Origin: Acidimicrobiaceae bacterium
GTDB lineage: Bacteria; Actinomycetota; Acidimicrobiia; Acidimicrobiales; Bog-793
DNA: 21,081 nucleotides
Reading direction: 5' to 3'
NCBI GenBank assembly: GCA_003136185.1
Contig: PLDN01000119.1
Coordinates: forward strand, 44,598 to 65,678
The notes beneath the pieces are model-generated. The model ran no database searches, had not been told where the DNA came from, and saw only the letters and a program-made list of their open reading frames with translations. The position numbers and the translations under genes are program-made. The stretch's first letter is position 1; every line of letters starts with the position of its first letter. Below are positions 1-7,260 of this stretch, one piece after another.

Positions 1-914
1 GGAAGCTCGTCGTTGTCTTCGGCCGCAGCCCATCCGGCGTAGTAGGCGGCCGACTTCGCCGACTCGACCTCGAGCAGCATGTCAGCGCACTTGTGCTTGA
101 TTGCCTGGAACGATCCGATCGGGCGGCCGAACTGGATACGGGTCTTGGCGTACTCGACGCTCATCTCGAGCACGCGCTGTGCCCCGCCGACCTGCTCGGC
201 GGCCAACGCGACCGCAGCGAGGTCGAGTGTCTTCTGCAGGACTGGGCCGGCATCGCCGTCCTCGCCGATGAGGCGGCCGGCGACGCCTTCGAACTCGAGC
301 TTGGCCTGCTTGCGCGTCTGGTCCATCGTGGCGAGTGCCGTGCGGGTGAGCCCAGAGGCCTCCCCGTCCACCGCGAAGAGCGAGATCCCGGCCGCAGTCC
401 GGGCAGCAACAAGGATCAAAGATGCGGTGTGGCCGTCGAGCACGTACGACTTCACGCCCGTGAGGGACCAGCCGTCACCCGACTTGGTGGCGGCGAGCTC
501 GATACCCTCGATGTCCCAACGGCCGCTCGGCTCGGTGTAAGCGAGCGTCGCGATCGTCTCGCCGCTCGCGATGCCGGGCAGGTACTCCGCCTTCGCAGCG
601 TCGTCACCGGACGACAGCAGGGCGTTCGCCGCCAGTGCGACCGACGCGAAGTAAGGGGCGCACACGAGAGCCCGGCCCATCTCCTCCAGCACAACGACGA
701 GCTCGACGTAGCCGAACCCGGCCCCGCCGAACTCCTCGGGGATCGTGAGTGCCTGCAGCCCTAGCTGGTTCGCCATCTGAGACCAGACGGCGGGATCGTA
801 CCCCTCTGTCGTCTCCATCAGGCGGCGAACTTCTGTCGACGGCGACTTGTCCTCGAAGTAGCGGCGCACCGCACTACGAAGCTCCTCCTGCTCCTCGCTG
901 AAGCCGAAGTTCAC
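1..914 (-). CDS. Acyl-CoA dehydrogenase (FadE-like), partial; the C-terminus runs off the left edge of the window
   Basis: The reverse-complement translation from position 914 downward reads (M/V)NFGFSEEQEELRSAVRRYFEDK...EFGGAGFGYVELVVVLEEMG...LSLFAVD...VGGAQRVLEMSVEYAKTRIQFGRPIGSFQAIKHKCADMLLEVESAKSAAYYAGWAAAEDNDELP. This is the typical ACAD N-terminus and the C-terminal catalytic region. The start is GTG at 914..912, preceded by GGGAGGA (rc of 919-926). An alternative GTG lies at 926. The gene is absent from the ORF track because no stop codon falls inside the window. Confidence 0.8.
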   Translation of the reverse strand, partial: MNFGFSEEQEELRSAVRRYFEDKSPSTEVRRLMETTEGYDPAVWSQMANQLGLQALTIPEEFGGAGFGYVELVVVLEEMGRALVCAPYFASVALAANALLSSGDDAAKAEYLPGIASGETIATLAYTEPSGRWDIEGIELAATKSGDGWSLTGVKSYVLDGHTASLILVAARTAAGISLFAVDGEASGLTRTALATMDQTRKQAKLEFEGVAGRLIGEDGDAGPVLQKTLDLAAVALAAEQVGGAQRVLEMSVEYAKTRIQFGRPIGSFQAIKHKCADMLLEVESAKSAAYYAGWAAAEDNDEL

Positions 915-1029
915 GATTCCTCCCACCGAAGCATCCGCGCACGGACCAAGTGGCCGCGCATTACGGTCGAACCTTAGCCGGGAGAACAACGAACCGAAAA
1001 AGCGCCGTGCGACCAAGAAGGAGGGCCCC

Positions 1030-1638
1030 ATGAGCACTTTGCACTATGAGGACAGCCAAGTCGTCATTCACAAGATTGTCGTCGGCCCCTATGACAACAA
1101 CGTCTTCGTCGTGCAGTGCCGCGAGACCGGTGACGCGCTCCTCGTCGACGCCGCCAACGAGCACGAGCAGCTGCTCGAGCTCTGCCAGAGCCTCGGGGTC
1201 CGCCAGATCGTCGAGACTCACGGCCACTGGGACCACATCCAGGCGATCCCGCAGCTGCGGGAGGCCGGTTACGAGGTAGCGGTGACGGCGGCCGACGCCG
1301 GCATGCTCCCCTCCTATGACCTGTTGCTCGAGGACGACATGGTCTTAGAGGTCGGCCGCCTGCGCCTCGGCACGATCCTCACGCCGGGCCACACGCCCGG
1401 TTCCATCTGCTTCCTCATCGAAGGATCGCCGGTCCTGCTCTCCGGAGACACTCTTTTCCCAGGTGGCGCGGGCAATACGAAGTCAGATCTGGGCGACTTC
1501 CCGACCATCATGGAGTCGATCGACCGGCGGCTGTTCACGCTCCCCGCCGAGACCCTCGTCCTACCGGGCCACGGCCTCGACACCACGATCGGCACCGAGC
1601 GCCCCCACCAGCAGGAATGGCTCGACCGGGGCTGGTAG
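1030..1638 (+). CDS. MBL-fold metallo-hydrolase (glyoxalase II / hydroxyacylglutathione hydrolase-like)
   Basis: 202 aa with the THGHWDH (HxHxDH) zinc-binding motif and downstream His/Asp ligands (TPGHTPGS, LPGHG). A strong RBS, AAGAAGGAGG, sits 6 nt before the ATG. It is transcribed divergently from the acyl-CoA dehydrogenase. Confidence 0.8.
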   Translation: MSTLHYEDSQVVIHKIVVGPYDNNVFVVQCRETGDALLVDAANEHEQLLELCQSLGVRQIVETHGHWDHIQAIPQLREAGYEVAVTAADAGMLPSYDLLLEDDMVLEVGRLRLGTILTPGHTPGSICFLIEGSPVLLSGDTLFPGGAGNTKSDLGDFPTIMESIDRRLFTLPAETLVLPGHGLDTTIGTERPHQQEWLDRGW

Positions 1639-1705
1639 CACCGGTAACTCCAACGAGCGAGGATTTCCCCTACGCCCGTAGTAGTAATCCACCGGGGCAA
1701 CTAAC

Positions 1706-2464
1706 ATGTATGGCGTGACCGCGGCAACACCCCTCTTGCAGGTCGACGACCTTCACGTCGAAGTCGAAGGCTTCGAGATCCTGCGCGGCGTCGACCTCAC
1801 CCTCCCGGTCGGCGAGCTGCATGCCGTCATGGGCCCGAATGGCTCGGGCAAGTCGACGCTCGCCAACACGATCGCCGGCAGCCCCGGCTACACCGTGACG
1901 AAGGGCCGAGTCCTCTACCAGGGCGAGGACGTCACGTCGTGGCCGGTTGACGTTCGGGCGAAGGCGGGGATGTTTCTCGCGTTCCAGTACCCCGAAGAGA
2001 TCCCGGGCGTCCGCGTCTCGCAGTTCCTCCGTCAGGCCGTCTCCGCACGACAAGGCACCGACATCTCGGCCCTCGAGGTCCGCGTGTCACTCATGGAGTG
2101 GATGAAGCGTTTGGAGATGGATGAGAGTTTTGCTTCGCGCTACTTGAACGAGGGCTTCTCGGGCGGCGAGAAGAAACGCAACGAGATCCTCCAAATGGCC
2201 CTCCTCTCGCCGGACCTGGCGGTGCTCGACGAGACAGACTCCGGGCTCGACGTCGACGCTCTGCGGGTGGTCGCGCAGGGCGTGAGAGAGGTGCGTGCCG
2301 AGAAGCCTGAGATGAGCCTCCTCCTCGTCACCCACTATCGCCGGATCCTCGACGAGCTCAAGCCGGAGAAGGTGCATGTGCTCGTCGCTGGACGGATCGT
2401 CGAGACCGGCGGGCCCGAGCTGGCCGAGCGCCTCGACACCGAGGGATACGAGGGCCTCGGCTGA
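1706..2464 (+). CDS. sufC: Fe-S cluster assembly ATPase SufC
   Basis: 252 aa with Walker A GPNGSGKST, the ABC signature FSGGEKKRNEILQ and Walker B LAVLDETDSGLD; the protein resembles SufC end to end. The start could be ATG 1706 or GTG 1715, and the RBS is weak. Confidence 0.9.
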   Translation: MYGVTAATPLLQVDDLHVEVEGFEILRGVDLTLPVGELHAVMGPNGSGKSTLANTIAGSPGYTVTKGRVLYQGEDVTSWPVDVRAKAGMFLAFQYPEEIPGVRVSQFLRQAVSARQGTDISALEVRVSLMEWMKRLEMDESFASRYLNEGFSGGEKKRNEILQMALLSPDLAVLDETDSGLDVDALRVVAQGVREVRAEKPEMSLLLVTHYRRILDELKPEKVHVLVAGRIVETGGPELAERLDTEGYEGLG

Positions 2465-3708
2465 TGGAGGAGCTCGACCCGGTCGCGCTCCGCAAGGAGT
2501 TCCCGCTCCTCGAGACGCGCCGACGACCTGACGGGAAGCGGCTCGTCTACCTCGACTCGGCCTCGTCCTCCCAGCGCCCCTACCAGGTGCTCGAGGCGAT
2601 GGACACGTACTACTCGACGACGCACGCCAACGTCCACCGCGGCGTGTACGCGATCGCAGAAGAGGCCACGCGTCAGTTCGAGGAGGCCCGCGCCAAGGTC
2701 GGCCGTTTCGTCGGCGCACCGAATCCGGCAACCGAGATCGTCTTCACGAAGAACGCCACCGAGGCGCTCAACCTCGTCGCGCATTCCTATGGGCGCGGGC
2801 GCCTTGGAATGGGCAAGGCCGTCCTTTTGACCGAGATGGAGCATCACGCCAACCTCGTCCCGTGGCTCATGCTGGCCGGCGAGCGCGGGACCGAACTGCG
2901 GTACCTGCCCATCACCGACTCCTACCAGCTCGACCTCTCAGACCTGGACAAGCTCGTCGACGGCGCCGGCGTGGTCGCAGTCTCGGCCATGTCGAACGTC
3001 CTCGGCACCGTGAACGACCTCCGCCCGATCGTCGAGGCGGCGCACGCTGCTGGGGCCGTCGTCGTCGTCGACGCCTCGCAGCTCGTTCCGCACCGGGTGG
3101 TGGACGTGGCTGCGATCGGTGCCGACTTCGTCGCCTTCACGGGGCACAAGATGCTCGGGCCGACCGGCATCGGCGTCCTCTGGGGGCGGGAGGGGTTGTT
3201 GGAGGAAATGCCGCCGTTTCTTGGCGGGGGCGAGATGATCCGAGATGTGCGCCTCGACGGGTTCACGACGAACGACATCCCTTGGAAGTTCGAGGCCGGT
3301 ACGCCGCCGATCGCCGAGGCCATCGGTCTCGGGGCGGCAGTCGACTATCTCGAGTCGGTCGGGCGCGAGGCCATCGCCGCCCACGAGCGGGCGCTGACCT
3401 ACCAGGCGATCGAGCTGTTGACCGACCGCCACGGAGACGACATCCGGATCTTCGGCCCTGGGCCGGACGACCCCAACCGCGGCGGTGTGATCTCGTTCGC
3501 CTATCGCGACATCCACCCGCACGACCTCGCGCAGGTGCTCGACTCATCGGGTGTGTGCGTGCGCGCCGGCCACCACTGCGCGAAGCCGCTCATGCGTCGC
3601 CTCGGCGTGTCGGCGACCGCTCGAGCCTCGCTATACCTGTACAACGACGAGGAAGACGTGACCGCCTTGTCCGACGCGCTCGCCAAAGCCGGCGAGTTCT
3701 TCGGCTGA
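2464..3708 (+). CDS. sufS: Cysteine desulfurase SufS (class II aminotransferase, PLP-dependent)
   Basis: 414 aa with the PLP-lysine region FVAFTGHKMLGPTGIGVLWGR and the catalytic-cysteine region RAGHHCAKPL. Its ATG overlaps the sufC stop (TGATG), which suggests translational coupling. Confidence 0.9.
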   Translation: MEELDPVALRKEFPLLETRRRPDGKRLVYLDSASSSQRPYQVLEAMDTYYSTTHANVHRGVYAIAEEATRQFEEARAKVGRFVGAPNPATEIVFTKNATEALNLVAHSYGRGRLGMGKAVLLTEMEHHANLVPWLMLAGERGTELRYLPITDSYQLDLSDLDKLVDGAGVVAVSAMSNVLGTVNDLRPIVEAAHAAGAVVVVDASQLVPHRVVDVAAIGADFVAFTGHKMLGPTGIGVLWGREGLLEEMPPFLGGGEMIRDVRLDGFTTNDIPWKFEAGTPPIAEAIGLGAAVDYLESVGREAIAAHERALTYQAIELLTDRHGDDIRIFGPGPDDPNRGGVISFAYRDIHPHDLAQVLDSSGVCVRAGHHCAKPLMRRLGVSATARASLYLYNDEEDVTALSDALAKAGEFFG

Positions 3709-3742
3709 GACTGCCAACTCGCTCAAGGAGAGCCCCGCCACC

Positions 3743-4246
3743 ATGTCAGGCCTTGAAGACCTCTACCGTGAGATCATCCTCGACCACTACCGGTCACCGA
3801 GGAACCGTGGCGAGCTGCCGGTCCCACCCGCCCAGAGGGTCGAGGGGTTCAACCCGCTCTGCGGGGACGAGGTCGTCGTCTTCCTCGAGTTCGCCGACGG
3901 AGTCGTGAAGGACGTGAAGATCGCCGGCCAAGGGTGCTCGATCAGCCAGTCGTCTGCCTCGATGATGTCGGCCGCGGTGAAGGGCAAGTCGATCGAGGAA
4001 GCCCGTCAGCTCATCTCGTCTTTCAAGGCGATGATGTCGATCCACGAGCAGGCGATCGGCGGAGACGGCAGCGATGGCGAACGGGCCGAGGCCAACATCC
4101 CGCCCGACGGGCTCGGCGAGCTTGCCGCCCTGCAGGGCGTCGTGAAGTTCCCAGTGCGGATCAAGTGCGCCACCCTCTCGTGGAACACGCTCGCACAGGC
4201 GCTCGACGAGGCGACAGCGGGCGTCGCAGCCGACGGCGCGGCCTGA
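3743..4246 (+). CDS. sufU: SUF-system Fe-S scaffold / sulfurtransferase SufU (NifU/IscU-like)
   Basis: 167 aa with LYREIILDHYRSPRN, NPLCGDEV, GQGCSISQSSASMM and the C-terminal KCATLSW, the conserved Cys/Asp ligand pattern of SufU. It carries the SufU-specific insertion (GGDGSDGERAEAN). The RBS AAGGAGAG lies upstream. Confidence 0.85.
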   Translation: MSGLEDLYREIILDHYRSPRNRGELPVPPAQRVEGFNPLCGDEVVVFLEFADGVVKDVKIAGQGCSISQSSASMMSAAVKGKSIEEARQLISSFKAMMSIHEQAIGGDGSDGERAEANIPPDGLGELAALQGVVKFPVRIKCATLSWNTLAQALDEATAGVAADGAA

Positions 4247-4249
4247 GGT

Positions 4250-5101
4250 TCAGCCTCCGAAGTGGTCGTTCATGAGGCGAGTGACCACCTGAGGATGCTC
4301 GAGGGTCAACATGTGGCTGCCCTCGTCCACGTATTCGAGACGGGCGCCGGCGATGAGCCTTGCGTACTCCTCGCCGACGGCGTTCGGCACTAGCCCGTCC
4401 TTCCGCCCGACGATGACGAGCGTCGGAGCCGTGACCCGACCAAGTCGCCGCGGCATCTTCGGGTTGTGGAAGTAAGGGTTCCACCCGAGCTTTGCAGCGG
4501 CGGCCATCGACTCTAAGAACGGCCGGACCATCTCGAAGGGGACCGCGGCGATGTCTTTCGGCCCGAGCGACCCGAGCAGGTTCATACCGGCTGCCACGGG
4601 ATGCGTCTGGTCCGCGAAGACCTCGGCGGCGAGCTCGTCGAACTTGCGACCGAACAGTTCCGACATCGGTGATCCCGGGACATAAAGGCCGACGGCGTTG
4701 ATGAGGGTGAGGCTTCGGACCCGCTCGGGGTGACGCCAAGCCAGCTCGGCCGCCAGCCAACCGCCGAGGGACATGCCGGCTACGTGGGGCGGGTTGTTGG
4801 CGCCGAGACCCAAACGATCGAAAACGTCGAGCGTGTGGTAGACCGCGTCCTCGATGTCGTCGATCTGGTCGAGACCTTCTGATCCCGCAAAGCCGGGCAG
4901 CATCGGCGCGTAGACGGCATGATCGGCCGCGAGGTGGCCGAGGTACTCGGCCACCTCGTTCGAGCCTGTCTCGCCGCCGGACGAGTGCAGGTAGACGACC
5001 GGAATCCTCGAGGGGTCTCCGCCGCGAGTGAGCTGGACGGCACCGACCGCTGTCGGGAATCGCTCGGTCACGAGCTCGGTCGACGATCCGATTGCGCTCA
5101 C
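4250..5101 (-). CDS. Alpha/beta-fold hydrolase
   Basis: 283 aa with the nucleophile elbow GMSLGG (GxSxG), HSSGG in the oxyanion region and a C-terminal His (EGSHML). The GTG start at 5101 overlaps the stop of the upstream LLM gene (GTGA). The gene is convergent with sufU, only 3 nt separating the two stop codons. Confidence 0.8.
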   Translation of the reverse strand: MSAIGSSTELVTERFPTAVGAVQLTRGGDPSRIPVVYLHSSGGETGSNEVAEYLGHLAADHAVYAPMLPGFAGSEGLDQIDDIEDAVYHTLDVFDRLGLGANNPPHVAGMSLGGWLAAELAWRHPERVRSLTLINAVGLYVPGSPMSELFGRKFDELAAEVFADQTHPVAAGMNLLGSLGPKDIAAVPFEMVRPFLESMAAAAKLGWNPYFHNPKMPRRLGRVTAPTLVIVGRKDGLVPNAVGEEYARLIAGARLEYVDEGSHMLTLEHPQVVTRLMNDHFGG

Positions 5102-6264
5102 GGGTGTGCTCCCGTCGCGACTCGGCGCTCGGTGCCGGGAAAGCGCGCCCGGAGCGCGGGCGCGACCTCCGTCGCGAACAATTCGAGATTGCGGCGCGTG
5201 TCGTCTGCCGGAAGGGTTCCGAGCTGGAAGAGCCCGAGCAGGTTGCCGACCCCGAGCCGCTCGACGTTCTCGGTGAGTCGCTCGAGCACCGTCTCAGGCG
5301 AGCCGACGATGGCGTACTGGCCCTCGATCACTTCGTCCCAGTCCTCGAGGTACTCGGCAAAGGTGCCGATCCCCTTCATCATGCTTTCGAGCGAACGAAT
5401 CGAGGTATACCCAGGCGGCGAGATCGAGATCCCGGGCAGGAGTCGTTTCACGAAGTACCAGAAGTGTTTCTCGTAGCGGCGGCGAGCCTCCTCGTCGGTA
5501 TCGGCAATGAAGATCGGGACGAGCCAACCGAGCTGCAGCGGGTCGGCCTCGTAGCCCTCCTTCTCGCACGCCTCACGCATCAGGTTGAACATCCGCTCGA
5601 ATACCGAGATGTGGAAGTACGGGATACCCATGTAGGCGTAGTGATGGCGGGCGACGAACTCGAGCGTCTCGAGCGAGCCGGCGCCCGGGATCCACACCTC
5701 GGGATGGGGCTGCTGGACCGGACGCGGCCAGGAGTTCACGTACCGGATCCGGTAGTGCTTGCCGATGAACTCGAACGGGCCGGGTTCGGTCCACGCCTTG
5801 ATGATCAGGTCGTGCGCCTCGGAGAAACGCTCGCGCGCCTGAGCAGGATTGATCCCGAATGAGTAGTACTCAGGCCCACCGCCGACGACCATGCCGGCGA
5901 TCAGGCGGCCGCCCGAGATGCAGTCGATCATGGCGAACTCTTCGGCTACCCGCGTCGGCGGGTCGTAGAGCGGGAGAGCGTTGCCGACGACGGCGATCCT
6001 CACGTGGCTCGTCTGGCGGGCGAGGATCGAAGCCATCAGGTTCGGCGAAGGCATGATGCCGTAGGCGTTCTGGTGGTGCTCGTTCACGCAGACACCGTCA
6101 AAACCGAGCTCGTCGGCGTAGATCAACTCGTCGAGGTATCGGTTGTATATCTGGGTTCCGAGACCAGGGTCGAACAACTCGTTAGGACAGGTGATCCATG
6201 CTGGCCCGTCGTAATCCGACGGGAGCCCGGGGTAGGGCATCAGATGGAAGCTGAACAGTCGCAT
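5098..6264 (-). CDS. LLM-class (luciferase-like) flavin-dependent oxidoreductase, possibly F420/FMN-dependent
   Basis: 388 aa; MRLFSFHLMPYPG...ELGFDGVCVNEHHQ...IAVVGNALPLYDP... is the typical bacterial luciferase-like TIM-barrel signature. ATG at 6264 with the RBS AAGGGGGAG 8 nt upstream. Confidence 0.85.
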   Translation of the reverse strand: MRLFSFHLMPYPGLPSDYDGPAWITCPNELFDPGLGTQIYNRYLDELIYADELGFDGVCVNEHHQNAYGIMPSPNLMASILARQTSHVRIAVVGNALPLYDPPTRVAEEFAMIDCISGGRLIAGMVVGGGPEYYSFGINPAQARERFSEAHDLIIKAWTEPGPFEFIGKHYRIRYVNSWPRPVQQPHPEVWIPGAGSLETLEFVARHHYAYMGIPYFHISVFERMFNLMREACEKEGYEADPLQLGWLVPIFIADTDEEARRRYEKHFWYFVKRLLPGISISPPGYTSIRSLESMMKGIGTFAEYLEDWDEVIEGQYAIVGSPETVLERLTENVERLGVGNLLGLFQLGTLPADDTRRNLELFATEVAPALRARFPGTERRVATGAHP

Positions 6265-6297
6265 TTCTTGTCTCCCCCTTGGTCCGCCCTCACCCTA

Positions 6298-6319
6298 ACT
6301 GACAGGTCAGTCAGGTGAC
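6298..6319. promoter_or_regulatory. Overlapping palindromic operator-like site upstream of the LLM/hydrolase operon
   Basis: ACTGAC-ag-GTCAGT (6298-6311) is a perfect 6-bp inverted repeat. It overlaps GTCA-gg-TGAC (6310-6319). The site lies ~35-55 nt upstream of the LLM ATG (6264), where a promoter or operator would sit. Confidence 0.45.
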
Positions 6320-6348
6320 CGGAGCGGATTCCTTCGTGCGCTCGCATT

Positions 6349-6390
6349 CGAGGCCCGAAGCCGAAGCCCGAAGCCAAGGCCCGAAGGCCA
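6349..6390. repeat. Tandem imperfect heptamer repeat (G)CCCGAAG x4-5; on the minus-strand transcript it gives an array of C(UUCG)G tetraloop hairpins
   Basis: The plus strand reads cgaGGCCCGAAGCCGAAGCCCGAAGCCAAGGCCCGAAGGCC, immediately 3' of the kinase stop codon (6392-6394). The minus-strand RNA contains GGCCUUCGGGCC (a perfect 4-bp stem with a UUCG loop) plus three further CUUCGG units. Confidence 0.6.
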
Positions 6391-6391
6391 G

Positions 6392-7231
6392 TCAGCCTCC
6401 GACGACGAGGCCCTCGAGATCTGCCTCCAACACGACCGCCCGCCCCGACACCCCGAGGTCCGCAAGGGCCCGCTCGCCCGCGTCCCGCACGACAGCGGCA
6501 ACGCGGGCGCCGTCGCAGATCCCGAGCAGGCTCGGCCCCGCGCCGGACCAGGTGGCCACTAGGGCGCCGGCCTCCCGCAAGCGAGCGAGCAACTCCGGCG
6601 CCTCGGTAAACAACGCCGACCGTGCGTCCTGGTGCAGCCGGTCTTCCCCCGCCTCCGGCACGAGCCCTGCGCGATCGGCGAGCCCGGCGACGAGGAGGCC
6701 CATCCGCCCGAGGTTGTGGACGGCGTCGGCGAGCGGGACCTCGGCCGGCAGTACCGCGCGCGCTTGCTTTGTCTTGAGCTCCCTATCGGGGATGAGCACG
6801 ACGTAGGCCAAGCCGGGATCGAGCGGCAGGCGCCGAGCGACCGGCACGCCCTCGACCATCGCGGCGACGACGAGGCCGCCCAGCATGGAGGCGGCCGCGT
6901 TCTCGGGATGCCCGTCGACTAAGGCCGCCACCGCAAGCGGGTCCGGCGCCCCCACAGCAGCGGCCGCCGCCAAGGCGACCGCGGCCGACGAACCGAGCCC
7001 ACGCGAGACGGGAACCTGCGACCGGAGGTAGATCGCGACGTCGTCGTGACCGAGCACCTGCCTCACGACCACCGCCGCCAGGTGCCCGGAGTCACGTGGC
7101 AGGTCGGCCCCTTCACCGTCTGCTGTGATCTCGAGACGAGCCGCAGGCTCGACGCTGACCTCGCACCGAAGAGCCACCGCCAGCGCCAGCACGTCGTAGC
7201 CCGGCCCGAGATTGGCAGAAGACGCCGGCAC
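6392..7231 (-). CDS. thrB: GHMP-family kinase, homoserine kinase-like (ThrB-like)
   Basis: Motifs VPASSANLGPGYDVLALAV (N-terminal GHMP motif as in ThrB: APASSANxxxGFD) and PVSRGLGSSAAVALAAAAA (PxGSGLGSSAA ATP-binding loop). The ORF track extends to 7414, but its first 61 codons are R/G-rich junk overlapping the upstream gene. GTG at 7231 (V62) gives a 279-aa product that starts just before the conserved motif and 27 nt after the upstream stop. Confidence 0.6.
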   Translation of the reverse strand: MPASSANLGPGYDVLALAVALRCEVSVEPAARLEITADGEGADLPRDSGHLAAVVVRQVLGHDDVAIYLRSQVPVSRGLGSSAAVALAAAAAVGAPDPLAVAALVDGHPENAAASMLGGLVVAAMVEGVPVARRLPLDPGLAYVVLIPDRELKTKQARAVLPAEVPLADAVHNLGRMGLLVAGLADRAGLVPEAGEDRLHQDARSALFTEAPELLARLREAGALVATWSGAGPSLLGICDGARVAAVVRDAGERALADLGVSGRAVVLEADLEGLVVGG

Positions 7232-7260
7232 GCGAGCCCGGCCGCGCCCGAGTTCCCGGC

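Noticed and set aside
1639-1705. Small inverted repeat CTACG-ccc-GTAG upstream of sufC, considered as a SufR operator
   Set aside because: It is only a 5-bp stem. There is no resemblance to a long palindromic SufR box and no sufR gene nearby, which is insufficient evidence.
2862-3908. 348-aa + strand ORF (RRRRGRSLG...)
   Set aside because: It is an alternate frame of sufS, extremely Arg/Pro-rich and low-complexity, with no motif. sufS in the other frame has full conserved motifs.
5092-5862. 256-aa + strand ORF
   Set aside because: It is antisense to the LLM oxidoreductase gene and has no domain signature.
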